A stretch of 64,000 bases of DNA, from NCBI RefSeq assembly GCF_947500995.1, contig NZ_CANMUA010000012.1, positions 1,300 through 65,299 on the forward strand. The letters are read 5' to 3'. The translations under genes were made by a program, and so were the position numbers. Below the pieces are notes generated by a model. The model did not search any database. It worked only from the letters and a program-made list of their open reading frames with translations, and was not told the origin of the DNA. The DNA comes from an uncultured Serinicoccus sp. (lineage in GTDB: Bacteria; Actinomycetota; Actinomycetes; Actinomycetales; Dermatophilaceae). Positions 45,430-55,065 of this stretch are shown here, piece by piece; position 1 is the first letter of the stretch; each line of letters begins with the position of its first letter.

Positions 45430-46477
45430 GCGGGGTCCGTCGCGGGCGCTGATCCTGCCCGGAGACCTCGCCGGGCCCAGCGGGGGCAACCACTACAACG
45501 ACCGGGTCGTCCGCGAGCTCGACGCCCGAGGGCTCGCGGTGGCGGTCGAGCGACTGCCCGGGGCGTGGCCCCGACCGGCCGAGCCTGACCGGTCGGCGCT
45601 GCGCGAGGCGCTGGGACGGTATACCGACGTGGTGGTCGACGGGATCATCGGGTCGGCCGCACCCGAGGAGCTCGCGTGGGCCCGTGCGCACGGCGTCCGG
45701 GTCGCGGTGCTGGTGCACCTGCCGCTGCCCGCCGAGGGCGGCACGAGCGCCCCGGAGCGCCGACTTCTGGAGGAGACGGAGCGGGCCGCGCTGCACGCCG
45801 CGGACACGGTGGTGGCGACCAGCGACTGGGCCCGGGACGACCTGCTGCGCCGCTACGGGCTCGCCGGGGTGCGCTCCGTGCCTCCCGGCGTGGACCTGGC
45901 GCCGCCGGCGGCCGGGAGCACTCCCCCGCACCTGCTCCTCCTCGGCGCGGTCACCGCCCGCAAGAACCCGCTCGTCCTGCTCGACGCGCTGCGGACGCTG
46001 ATGGACCGCCCCTGGACCGCCTCCCTCGTCGGGCCTCCGGGCCCGGACGAGGGCTACGTCGCGACGGTACGGGAGCGCTCGGCCGAGCTCGAGGGCCGCG
46101 TCCGGGCGCTGGGCCCGTGCCGCGGCGAGGACCTCGAGGAGATCTGGGGCGCCACCGACCTCCTGACCCTGCCCTCCCGCGCCGAGACCTACGGGATGGT
46201 GGTGACCGAGGCGCTGGCGCACGGCATACCGGCGCTGGTCCCTGCGCGGACGGGGGCCGTCGAGGCGCTGCACGGGTCGGGCGAGCGCGACGGTCTGCCC
46301 CCGGCCGGAGCCACGGTCGACGGAGCCGACCCGCAGGCCTGGTCCACGGCCCTGGCCCGGTGGCTCGACGACGAGGGCCTGAGGCGCGCCTGGCGGGCGG
46401 GCGCGTCGGCCCACCGGGATAGACTCCGTGGGTGGGCCACGACCGCGACGGACTTCACCCGGGCTCTGCGGTGGTAG
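45407..46477 (+). CDS. glycosyltransferase, GT4 family (GT-B fold)
   Basis: SGGNHYNDRVVREL resembles the GT4 N-terminal loop. The E-x7-E motif is read as ETYGMVVTEALAHGIPALV. It overlaps the PTPS-like gene by 23 nt. Confidence 0.85.
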   Translation: MTSTSARERGPSRALILPGDLAGPSGGNHYNDRVVRELDARGLAVAVERLPGAWPRPAEPDRSALREALGRYTDVVVDGIIGSAAPEELAWARAHGVRVAVLVHLPLPAEGGTSAPERRLLEETERAALHAADTVVATSDWARDDLLRRYGLAGVRSVPPGVDLAPPAAGSTPPHLLLLGAVTARKNPLVLLDALRTLMDRPWTASLVGPPGPDEGYVATVRERSAELEGRVRALGPCRGEDLEEIWGATDLLTLPSRAETYGMVVTEALAHGIPALVPARTGAVEALHGSGERDGLPPAGATVDGADPQAWSTALARWLDDEGLRRAWRAGASAHRDRLRGWATTATDFTRALRW

Positions 46478-47328
46478 CCCGTCCCGTCCCGGCCGACTGG
46501 CTGGCGCTGCGACGCCGCGCCGACCACCGCGCCCGCGAGGACGCCCTCGACCTGCTGGAGCTGCTGACCCACCACCTGCGCGCCCGCGGGGTCGACGAGC
46601 TCGTGGTGGTCGACGTGGGGGCCGGCACCGGTTCCAACCAGGCCTGGCTCGCACCGCGCCTGCCCGGACACCAGCGGTGGGTCCTGGTCGACCACGACGC
46701 CGACCTGCTCGAGCACGAGACCTCGACCGGGGCCGACGACCGCATCACGACCGAGCGCGCCGTCGCGACCGTGGAGGACCTGCCCTCCCTGGTCCCGCAG
46801 GACGGCACGGCCCTGCTCGCGTGCGCAGCCCTGCTCGACCTGCTGTCCGCGGCAGAGATCGAGACGCTCGCCCACGTGGTCGCACCGGACGCGGCGCCCG
46901 GAGCGGCTGCACTGCTGAGCCTCACCGTCACGGGCGAGGTCGTGCTCACGCCGGGCCACCCCGCCGACGCGGTCGTCACGACCGCCTTCGACGCGCACCA
47001 GCGGAGGGAGGGTCGGCCCGGGCCGGACGCCGCGGAGGTGATGGCCCGCGCCCTGCGCCGTCGCGGCGCCCGCGTGGAGTTGCGGGCGACGGACTGGCTC
47101 CTGGGCACCGAGAACGAGCCGCTCCTGCGCCGGTATCTCCACGACCGCGCCGCGGTGGCGGTGGAGCACGACCCCGGGCTCGCTCCCGTGGTGCAGGGGT
47201 GGCTCGAGGAGCGGTCGCTCCAGCTCGAGGCCGGCTCGCTCCGGGCGCGCGTCGGCCACCTCGACCTGCTGAGCCTGCCGCCCGAGCCCGTCGACGAGGG
47301 CGCCGGGGCGGCGCCGCGGAGCCGGTGA
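46432..47328 (+). CDS. class I SAM-dependent methyltransferase
   Basis: Motif I is VVVDVGAGTGSN, followed by a LLDLLS post-I region. The start is ATG 46432 or GTG 46471; both overlap the GT4 gene end. Confidence 0.75.
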   Translation: MGHDRDGLHPGSAVVARPVPADWLALRRRADHRAREDALDLLELLTHHLRARGVDELVVVDVGAGTGSNQAWLAPRLPGHQRWVLVDHDADLLEHETSTGADDRITTERAVATVEDLPSLVPQDGTALLACAALLDLLSAAEIETLAHVVAPDAAPGAAALLSLTVTGEVVLTPGHPADAVVTTAFDAHQRREGRPGPDAAEVMARALRRRGARVELRATDWLLGTENEPLLRRYLHDRAAVAVEHDPGLAPVVQGWLEERSLQLEAGSLRARVGHLDLLSLPPEPVDEGAGAAPRSR

Positions 47329-48254
47329 GCGACACCCTGGTCGCCAGCCGGCCACGGCCCCGGCGCGTCCGCCTCGTGGTCGGTGCGACGCTGCAGGTCG
47401 GGCTCACCCTGGGCCTGCTCGGCCTCGTCGTCACGCAGTGGGGGCTCAGCCCCTTCACCTCCGCGGCCCGTGCCCTGCCCTGGTGGGCGGTCGTGGCCGG
47501 CCTCGGCCTGGGGGCGGCCGGCGTGGTGCTCCAGGCGCTGCGCTGGCGGCTCGTCGCCCGGCACCTCCAGATCTCCCTCCCCGTGGGTCCGGCCGTCGCC
47601 CGCTGCTGGCAGGCCGCCTTCCTCAACAGCGTGCTGCCCGGAGGAGTCGCCGGCGACGCGCTCCGGGCGGCCGACGACAGCAGCGACGCCGAGGCGCCGG
47701 ACGCCCGGCGCGCGCTGGCCAGCGGTTTCGCCGCCGTCGCCGCCGAGCGCCTGGTGGGGACCACGGTGGTGCTGGTCGCGGCGGCGGTGGCCCTGCTGGG
47801 CCCGGTCCCGCTGGTCGGGGTCGCCTGCCTGGCCGGCGGCGTCGTCACCGCGGCCGTGGCCTGGAGGTGGCTGCGGGTGCTGCCGCTGCGGGACCTCGCC
47901 CTCGTCCTGCTGCTGTCGGTCGCCGGGTGGGCCGCCTTCGTCGGGATGTTCGTGCTGGCCGTCGTCGTCGTGGCACCCGACGTGGAGGTGTCCCTGGCAC
48001 CGGGGCTCGCCACCGTGTCCGTCGCGGCGATGTCGGTCCCCGTCACGGTCGGCGGGTGGGGGACGCGTGAGGCCGCCGCGGGGTGGATCTTCATGGTGCG
48101 GGGGCTCGACATGGGCACCGGGGTCACCGTCTCCATCGGCTACGGGATCCTCGCGCTGCTCTCCACGCTCCCCGGTGCCGCGATCCTGGCCGTGCGCGTC
48201 GTGCCCCGGTGGCGCGAAGCCGGTCGGGCCCGCCATCGACGGCGCGAGGGGTGA
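47325..48254 (+). CDS. lysylphosphatidylglycerol-synthase-TM-type (UPF0104, flippase-like) membrane protein, 309 aa
   Basis: It has about eight hydrophobic segments, and LRWRLVARHLQISLP....FLNSVLPGGVAGDALRA is typical of the MprF flippase-like/UPF0104 family. There is no aminoacyl-transferase domain. GTG 47325 overlaps the upstream TGA. Confidence 0.7.
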   Translation: MSDTLVASRPRPRRVRLVVGATLQVGLTLGLLGLVVTQWGLSPFTSAARALPWWAVVAGLGLGAAGVVLQALRWRLVARHLQISLPVGPAVARCWQAAFLNSVLPGGVAGDALRAADDSSDAEAPDARRALASGFAAVAAERLVGTTVVLVAAAVALLGPVPLVGVACLAGGVVTAAVAWRWLRVLPLRDLALVLLLSVAGWAAFVGMFVLAVVVVAPDVEVSLAPGLATVSVAAMSVPVTVGGWGTREAAAGWIFMVRGLDMGTGVTVSIGYGILALLSTLPGAAILAVRVVPRWREAGRARHRRREG

Positions 48255-48399
48255 TGCGGCGCGGTGTGCGTCGGCCTGCAGGTGCCGGCGCCGTCCGGTC
48301 TCCCCGGACCGTCGTCCCCTACCCTGGAGGTCGTGACGACGACACTCTGGTGGCGGTCGATGCCCCGGGCGCGCCCCCGCCGGGGAGGGATGCGCTGAG

Positions 48400-49662
48400 A
48401 TGACGAGGCACCCGGTCCGCACCGTCGACGCCCTCGTCGCCGCAGGTTCCTGGGGCCTCAGCGTGACGGTGCTGCTCTGCCTCCCGCTCCTCGCTGCGGG
48501 CGAGCCGGCCTCCGCCGACTCGCTCCCGGCGGTGGCAGGCGCGGCCTGGTGGGCGGGACTCGCACTCGTGTCGGTCCAGGCGCTCGTCCTGCTGTGGCGG
48601 CGACGGGCCCCCCGGTCCGTCCTGGTGCTCGTCGCCGCCGGCGCCCCGGCGGCGGCGCTCGCGGGAATGGACGCGGGCACCGGGGTCACCTCCGTGGCGG
48701 TCATCGTCGCGGCGTTCGCCGCCGTCCTGCTCATGGGGGTGGTCCGGGCGCTGCCGGCAGCCGCTGCCGCGGCGTTCCTCGTGGGCTCGGCCCAGGCGTT
48801 CGTGTCCTGGAGCGAGGCCGGCGCCGTCCTCGCGGTCCTGGGCTCGTCGGTGGTGCAGGGGGTCGGGACGGTGGGCCTCCCCCTGGCCACCGCCGTGTTC
48901 GTCCGGGCCCGCCGCGACGTCGTCACCGCCCGAGCGGAGCAGGCCCAGGCCGTCGTCCGCGAGCACGACGCCCTGGTGCAGGTCGCCGTCGCACGGGAAC
49001 GGACGGCGACCGCTCGTGAGCTGCACGACATCGCCGCACACCATCTCTCCGGGATCACCGTCATGACCGGTGCCCTGGGCCGCCAGATCGACACCGATCC
49101 GGAGGGCGCGAAGCGGGCCGTCGAGCAGGTGCGGCACCAGAGCAAGGCCATGCTGCGCGACCTCCGCAGCCTCGTGACCCTGCTGCGGGAGGACGGCGGT
49201 CCGACGGGCGCCACCGCCCCGGAGACCCTCTCCTCCCTCCCGGCCCTCGTCGAGGACGCGCGGCGAGCCGGCACCGACGTCGAGCTCACCGTGCTCGGAC
49301 CCGGGCCCGGCGACGTCCTCGACGGCCGGTCGGGTCCGCTCGCTCAGTTCGGCGCCTACCGGACCGTGCAGGAGGCGCTGGCCAACGCCGCCCGGCACGC
49401 CCCCGGCGCGCGGTGCGAGGTCGTCCTCGACACCCGGGACGCACGGACGACCCGCGTCCGCGTGGTCAACCACCCGGCTCCGGCTGACGCTCCGACATCG
49501 CCGGGCACGGGCTACGGTCTCGTGGGTATGCGGGAGCGTGCCAGCCTCACGGGTGCCCACCTCTCCTACGGCCCCACCGAGGACGGTGGGTGGTGCGTCG
49601 ACCTGTCCCTTCCCGGTGCGCAGGCCGGCACCGACCACCCGGACCCGGGGCACGGAGGATGA
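48400..49662 (+). CDS. sensor histidine kinase (HisKA_3 / NarX-DesK type)
   Basis: An N-terminal block of hydrophobic segments is followed by the H-box RELHDIAAHHLSGI and the HATPase motifs EALANAARHA and GYGLVGMRERA. Confidence 0.85.
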   Translation: MTRHPVRTVDALVAAGSWGLSVTVLLCLPLLAAGEPASADSLPAVAGAAWWAGLALVSVQALVLLWRRRAPRSVLVLVAAGAPAAALAGMDAGTGVTSVAVIVAAFAAVLLMGVVRALPAAAAAAFLVGSAQAFVSWSEAGAVLAVLGSSVVQGVGTVGLPLATAVFVRARRDVVTARAEQAQAVVREHDALVQVAVARERTATARELHDIAAHHLSGITVMTGALGRQIDTDPEGAKRAVEQVRHQSKAMLRDLRSLVTLLREDGGPTGATAPETLSSLPALVEDARRAGTDVELTVLGPGPGDVLDGRSGPLAQFGAYRTVQEALANAARHAPGARCEVVLDTRDARTTRVRVVNHPAPADAPTSPGTGYGLVGMRERASLTGAHLSYGPTEDGGWCVDLSLPGAQAGTDHPDPGHGG

Positions 49663-50378
49663 TCCGCATCCTCGTGGCCGACGACGAGCCCCTGGTGCGG
49701 GCCGGTCTCTCGGCGCTGCTCTCCTCCGAGCCGGACATCGACGTCGTCGCAGCCGTGGCCGACGGCGTCGAGGCGGTGGAGCGGGCGCGGACCGAGCATC
49801 CGGACGTCGTGTGCCTCGACATCCGGATGCCCCGTCTCGACGGCGTCGCCGCCACCCGGGAGCTCGCCGGACCCGACGCCTCGCCCCCCATCCCCGTCCT
49901 CATCCTCACGACCTTCGACACCGACGAGCACCTCTTCGGGGCACTCGACGCGGGCGCCTCCGGCTTCCTCCTCAAGGACGCGGAGCCGGACGAGGTCATC
50001 GCGGCCGTCCGCTCGGTCGCCGCCGGGCACGGCACCATCGCCGACGGTCTGACCCGCCGCGTCATCGGCGAGCTGAGTGGACGCCGACGCACCCTCCCCG
50101 TCACCGCGGCGCGGGCCAGCGACGTCCTCACCCCCCGTGAGACCGACATCCTCCTGCTGCTGGCCGAGGGCCTGTCCAACGAGGACATCGCTCGCACCCT
50201 CGTCCTGGAGATCTCCACCGTGAAGTCCCACCTCGCCCGGATGATGCCCAAGCTCGGTGTCACCTCGCGCCTCCAGGCGGTGGTCTGGGCCTACCAGACC
50301 GGGCTCGTCACCGTGGGCGGCACCCCGGACCGGCCGGCCCTCCATCCAAAGGATGAACCCCCGCGGTTCCATCCTTAG
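49659..50378 (+). CDS. response regulator, NarL/LuxR family, 239 aa
   Basis: MIRILVADDEPLVRAGL...DVVCLDIRMPRLDG is the receiver domain. The C-terminal LuxR HTH reads LTPRETDILLLLAEGLSNEDIARTLVLEISTVKSHL. ATG 49659 overlaps the kinase TGA (ATGA). Confidence 0.9.
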   Translation: MIRILVADDEPLVRAGLSALLSSEPDIDVVAAVADGVEAVERARTEHPDVVCLDIRMPRLDGVAATRELAGPDASPPIPVLILTTFDTDEHLFGALDAGASGFLLKDAEPDEVIAAVRSVAAGHGTIADGLTRRVIGELSGRRRTLPVTAARASDVLTPRETDILLLLAEGLSNEDIARTLVLEISTVKSHLARMMPKLGVTSRLQAVVWAYQTGLVTVGGTPDRPALHPKDEPPRFHP

Positions 50379-50413
50379 CGGCTCGTCCCGCCCTCCCCCG
50401 CTCCCTACCGTCG

Positions 50414-51205
50414 ATGGTGACCGATCCCCCTCGACCAGGAGCCATCACCGCCATGCCCACCCTTCCGTACGACGTCACCACCTCCACAGCGCTTCGTCTC
50501 GTCGACGTGCACAAGACCTATCCGGGCGGCGCCAGACCCGTGGCTGCCCTGCGCGGGGTCACCCTCGACCTCGCGTCGGGCACCATGACCTCCGTCGTGG
50601 GCCAGTCCGGGTCAGGCAAGTCCACCCTCCTCCACGTCGCCGCCGGCCTCGACGTGCCGACCTCCGGACGGGTCGTCATCGGCGGCCACGACACCACCGG
50701 CCTCTCCGCCGACGACCTCACCCGGTACCGCCGGGAGCACATCGGGTTCGTGTTCCAGTCCTACAACCTCATCCCCCACCTGAGCGTGCTGAACAACATC
50801 GGTCTCCCCCTCGTCCTCGCCGGCCGGGAGGCCGACCCGGACTGGATCGGCCAGCTCGTCGACGCCCTGGGGCTCGCCGACCTCGTGGGGCGGCGCCCTG
50901 GTGAGCTGTCCGGTGGACAGGCACAACGGGTGGCCATCGCCCGGGCCCTCGTGGCCCGTCCCGCCGTCGTGTTCGCCGACGAGCCCACCGGCGCCCTGGA
51001 CTCCCGCACCGGGGCCCACGTCCTCGGCCTGCTCGCTGCCACCGCGCGCCGGTTCGACCAGACGGTCGTCATCGTCACCCACGACGCCCAGGTCGCGGCG
51101 ACCGCGGACCGGGTGCTGTACCTCGCCGACGGCCTGGTCGTCCACGACGAGACCGGCGCCAGTGCCGAGCAGGTCACCTCCCGCCTCCTCGCGATCGGCC
51201 GGTGA
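50414..51205 (+). CDS. ABC transporter ATP-binding protein (MacB/LolD-like)
   Basis: It has Walker A (GQSGSGKSTLL), the signature LSGGQAQRVAIARAL and Walker B (VFADEPTGALD). The alternative start is ATG 50453. Confidence 0.9.
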   Translation: MVTDPPRPGAITAMPTLPYDVTTSTALRLVDVHKTYPGGARPVAALRGVTLDLASGTMTSVVGQSGSGKSTLLHVAAGLDVPTSGRVVIGGHDTTGLSADDLTRYRREHIGFVFQSYNLIPHLSVLNNIGLPLVLAGREADPDWIGQLVDALGLADLVGRRPGELSGGQAQRVAIARALVARPAVVFADEPTGALDSRTGAHVLGLLAATARRFDQTVVIVTHDAQVAATADRVLYLADGLVVHDETGASAEQVTSRLLAIGR

Positions 51206-53121
51206 GCGCCATGTGGACCCTCGCCAGGGCCGGCGCCCGCGCGCATCGCGGCGGGCTCATCGGCACCGCTCTCGCCCTCGGACTCGCCGCCACCCTGCTC
51301 ACGCTCACGGGCGTCCTCCTCGAGACCGGCGTCCGCGCCGGCACGGGCGACCCGCTGTCGCCCGGGGCGCTCGCCGGAGCCCAGCTCACCATCCTCGCCT
51401 CCTCCTTCGCGGGAACCGCGCTCGTCGTGGTCCTCGTCGTCGTGGCCACGACCGTGTCCCTGGCCCTGCGCCAGCGCCGACCGGAGTTCGCCCTCCTGCG
51501 TGCCGTCGGGGCGACCCGCGCACAGGTGCGGGGCATCATCGCCAGGGAGACCCTCCAGGTCGGCCTGCTGGCCGTGCCCCTCGGAGCCCTGCCCGGGCTG
51601 GCGCTCGCCCAGGCTCTGACTCCTGTCCTCGTGGACGCCGGGCTGCTGGTGCCGGGTTCGCGGCCGGCTCTCTCGCCGCTGCCGGTCCTCGGCGCCGTGG
51701 TGGTGCTCCTGCCCACCGCACTGGCCGCGGGATGGCTGGCGGCGCGCGAGACCCTCCGCCAGACCGCGACCTCCGCCGTCCGCGACTCCGCCGTCGAGGA
51801 GGGCCCGCTCGGAACGGGACGTCGGATCGCTGCGATCGGCACCGCGGCACTCGGGCTGGCCACGGCCTTCACGCCCCTCGTCCTCCCCGGGGTGATCGGC
51901 AGCGCGGTGGCGGCCTCGTCGGCCCTCCTCCTCCTCGGCGCCGCCGCCCTCGCCGGCCCGGCTCTCGTGGCCTGGTCCGTCGACGCCCTGACGCCCCTGC
52001 TGGGAGGCCACCGGCATCCACCGACGCAGCTGGCCATGGACAACCTGCGGGGCTTCTCGCGACGGCTCGCAGCGGTCGTCGTGCCGCTCGCCCTCGTCAT
52101 GTCGACGGGCGTCATCCAGACGAGCACGGACACCGCCGTGGAGCGGGCCGCCCACCGTCAGCTCGCCGCCTCGCTCGGCGGAGACCTGGTCGTCGGCGCA
52201 GGGTCGCCGCTGCCCGCGGGCACCGCCGAGCGCGTCGCCGCGATGTCGGGCGTCCACGAGACCACGGCGCTGTCCAGCACCCCGGCCCAGGTCCGGACCG
52301 ACGACGAGGACCTCGCCGGACTGGCCTGGGAGACGGTGACCATGCGCGTGGTCTCCCCGGACGCGCCCGCCTCCTTGCTGGACCCCGGGGTGTCCGACGG
52401 GTCGCTGGTGTCGCTCTCCGCCCCGAACACGATCGCGGTCAGCTCCGACGCCGCGCTCGAGACCGGCGCCCGCGTCGGCGAGGACCTGCAGGTGCGCCTT
52501 CCCGACGGTGAGCACACGTTCCGGGTCGTCGCGGTCTTCGACCGGGGGCTGGGCCTGGGCCCGTACCTCATCGGTGGGTCCACCGCCCGGGACCACGGCG
52601 CACCGGAGCAACCGACGACCCTCCTCGTCGGCGGACCGTCGGGCGGGCCGACCAGCACCGAGCGCCTCGCCGCCGAGATCGAGGCCCTGGACCTGCCGGT
52701 GGCGACCACCGAGGACGTCGTCGCGACGTCGACCGCGCCAGGGACGGCTCAGCAACGCCTGGGGACGTGGCTGCTGCTCATGCTGCTGGCGTTCGTGGCG
52801 CTCGGGGCGGCCAACACCCTGGTGCTCACGACGGCCGGCCGTCGCCGTGAGCTGGCCCTGCTCCACCGCACGGGTGCGACCCCTCGGCAGCTCGTGGCCA
52901 TGGTGCTCCTCGAGTCCCTCGCCACGGGGACCGCGGCCTGGCTCATCGGCGCCGTGACGGTCCTGCCGGGAGTCCTGGGAGTCAGCATCGGCCTGCTGGG
53001 TGCGACCGCTCCCGTCGTCCATCCCGTCACCGTGGCTGCGCTCAGCTGCACCGTCATCGCCCTCCCCCTGCTCGCGTCGGTGCCAACAGGCGTGCGGGTC
53101 GTCCGAGGCGTCACGGGGTGA
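51202..53121 (+). CDS. ABC transporter permease, FtsX-like (two FtsX modules)
   Basis: The 639-aa protein has two blocks of FtsX-type helices separated by a large extracytoplasmic region. GTG 51202 overlaps the ATPase TGA (GTGA). Confidence 0.85.
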   Translation: MSAMWTLARAGARAHRGGLIGTALALGLAATLLTLTGVLLETGVRAGTGDPLSPGALAGAQLTILASSFAGTALVVVLVVVATTVSLALRQRRPEFALLRAVGATRAQVRGIIARETLQVGLLAVPLGALPGLALAQALTPVLVDAGLLVPGSRPALSPLPVLGAVVVLLPTALAAGWLAARETLRQTATSAVRDSAVEEGPLGTGRRIAAIGTAALGLATAFTPLVLPGVIGSAVAASSALLLLGAAALAGPALVAWSVDALTPLLGGHRHPPTQLAMDNLRGFSRRLAAVVVPLALVMSTGVIQTSTDTAVERAAHRQLAASLGGDLVVGAGSPLPAGTAERVAAMSGVHETTALSSTPAQVRTDDEDLAGLAWETVTMRVVSPDAPASLLDPGVSDGSLVSLSAPNTIAVSSDAALETGARVGEDLQVRLPDGEHTFRVVAVFDRGLGLGPYLIGGSTARDHGAPEQPTTLLVGGPSGGPTSTERLAAEIEALDLPVATTEDVVATSTAPGTAQQRLGTWLLLMLLAFVALGAANTLVLTTAGRRRELALLHRTGATPRQLVAMVLLESLATGTAAWLIGAVTVLPGVLGVSIGLLGATAPVVHPVTVAALSCTVIALPLLASVPTGVRVVRGVTG

Positions 53122-53197
53122 GCGGGTGCGTCCCCCACGGGTGGCGCGGCGGGTGCCGCGGTCTGCCACGGTCGCAGGACGAGCAGGGAGAGGCCCC

Positions 53198-54883
53198 TCA
53201 GGCGTCGATGACCACCGGCACCACCAACGGGTTGCGACGGTGCGTGCGGAACGCCCACCGCGAGACGGCCCGCGCGATCCGCTGCTCGAGCTCGTGGACG
53301 TCCCCGATCCCCTGGGAGGCGGCCTCGGCGAGCGCCTTCTCGATCGCGGGGACCGAGGCGCCGAACATGCGCTCGTCGGTGCCCAGACCGCGTGCCAGGA
53401 AGTCCGGCGCCTCGGTGAGCCTGCCCGTGTCGGCGTCGACGAGGGCGACGACGGTCACGGTGCCCTGCTGGCTGAGGGTGAGCCGGTCGCGCAGCTCGTC
53501 CTCGGTGACGTCGCCGACGTTGCCCGCCGAGACGTAGACGTAGCCGGCGCGGACCTTGCCGCTGACGGTGGCCCGCCCCTGGACCAGGTCCACGACCATG
53601 CCGTCGTCGACGACGACGACGTGGTCCGGGTCCATCCCGGTGGCGATGGCCAGGTCGGCGTTGGCGCGCAGGTGTCGCCACTCACCGTGGACCGGCATGA
53701 CGTTGCGCGGCCGGATGATGTTGTAGCAGTAGACGAGCTCGCCGGCGCTGGCGTGGCCGGAGACGTGCACCTTGGCGTTGCCCTGGTGGACGACCTTCGC
53801 GCCCCAGCGGGTCAGGCCGTTGATGATGCGGGAGACGGCGTTCTCGTTGCCGGGGATCAGCGAGCTGGCCAGCAGCACGGTGTCGCCCTCGCCGATACGG
53901 ATCTGGTGGTCGCGGTTGGCCATCCGCGACAGCGCGGCCATCGGCTCGCCCTGGGAGCCGGTGGAGACGAGCGTGACCTTCTCGGGCGGGAGGTTGTCGA
54001 GCTCCTTGACGTCCACGACCAGCCCGCGCGGCACCTCGAGGTATCCCAGGTCCTGGGCGATCTTCATGTTGCGCACCATCGAGCGGCCGACGAAGGCGAC
54101 CTTGCGCCGGTGTGCCGCGGCGGCGTCGATGACCTGCTGGATGCGGTGGACGTGGCTGGCGAAGCTGGAGACCACGATCCGCCCCGGCGCCGTGCGGAAC
54201 ACGGTGTCGATGGCCGGGGACAGGTCCTTCTCCGCGGTGGTGAAGCCGGGCACCTCGGCGTTGGTGGAGTCGACCATGAACAGGTCCACGCCCTCCTCGC
54301 CCAGACGGGCGAAGGCGCGCAGGTCGGTGATGCGGTCGTCCAGGGGGAACTGGTCCATCTTGAAGTCCCCGGTATGCAGCACCGACCCGGCCGCGGTGCG
54401 GACCATGACGGCCAGCCCGTCGGGGATGGAGTGGTTGACCGCGACGAACTCGCAGTCGAAAGGACCCAGGCTGAGCCGGTCACCCTCGGCGACCTGGGTG
54501 GTCCGGGGCTTGATCCGGTGCTCCTTGAGCTTGGCGCTCACGAAGGCCAGGGTGAGGCGCGAGCCGACGACGGGGATGTCCCCCCGCTCCTTGAGCAGGT
54601 AGGGCACCCCTCCGATGTGGTCCTCGTGACCATGGGTGAGGACGACGCCGACGACGTCCTGCCACCGGTCCTGGAGGAAGGTGAAGTCGGGCAGGATCAC
54701 GTCGACACCGGGCTGGTGCTCCTCGGGGAAGAGCACGCCGCAGTCGATGATCAGCAGCTTGCCGCGGTGCTCCAGCACGGCCATGTTGCGGCCGACCTCG
54801 CCCAGGCCGCCGAGCGCCACCACCCTCAGGCCGTTGCGGGGCAGGGAGGGCGGGGCGCCCAGCTCGGGGTGCGGATGGCTCAA
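53198..54883 (-). CDS. rnj: ribonuclease J, 561 aa
   Basis: LRVVALGGLGEVGRNM, the metallo-beta-lactamase motif HGHEDHIGG, a beta-CASP region and a C-terminal domain are all colinear with RNase J. TTG 54883 (LSHPHPELG) is preceded by GAGGAG. The 156 codons further upstream in ORF 53198..55351 look non-coding. Confidence 0.9.
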   Translation of the reverse strand: MSHPHPELGAPPSLPRNGLRVVALGGLGEVGRNMAVLEHRGKLLIIDCGVLFPEEHQPGVDVILPDFTFLQDRWQDVVGVVLTHGHEDHIGGVPYLLKERGDIPVVGSRLTLAFVSAKLKEHRIKPRTTQVAEGDRLSLGPFDCEFVAVNHSIPDGLAVMVRTAAGSVLHTGDFKMDQFPLDDRITDLRAFARLGEEGVDLFMVDSTNAEVPGFTTAEKDLSPAIDTVFRTAPGRIVVSSFASHVHRIQQVIDAAAAHRRKVAFVGRSMVRNMKIAQDLGYLEVPRGLVVDVKELDNLPPEKVTLVSTGSQGEPMAALSRMANRDHQIRIGEGDTVLLASSLIPGNENAVSRIINGLTRWGAKVVHQGNAKVHVSGHASAGELVYCYNIIRPRNVMPVHGEWRHLRANADLAIATGMDPDHVVVVDDGMVVDLVQGRATVSGKVRAGYVYVSAGNVGDVTEDELRDRLTLSQQGTVTVVALVDADTGRLTEAPDFLARGLGTDERMFGASVPAIEKALAEAASQGIGDVHELEQRIARAVSRWAFRTHRRNPLVVPVVIDA

Positions 54884-55065
54884 CGGATCTCCTCGGTTCG
54901 GTGCGGCGGACGGGGCCGTGGGACGGCCTCGCGCTTGGTGCCGACGCGTCGATGGGCGCGCCGGGAACACCAAAGCCCCCGACCGGCATACCTGCTGGTC
55001 AGGGGCTAGTTGGTGGACGATACTGGGATCGAATAAGTTCCACCGCCAAACCCCGATACTGATGT

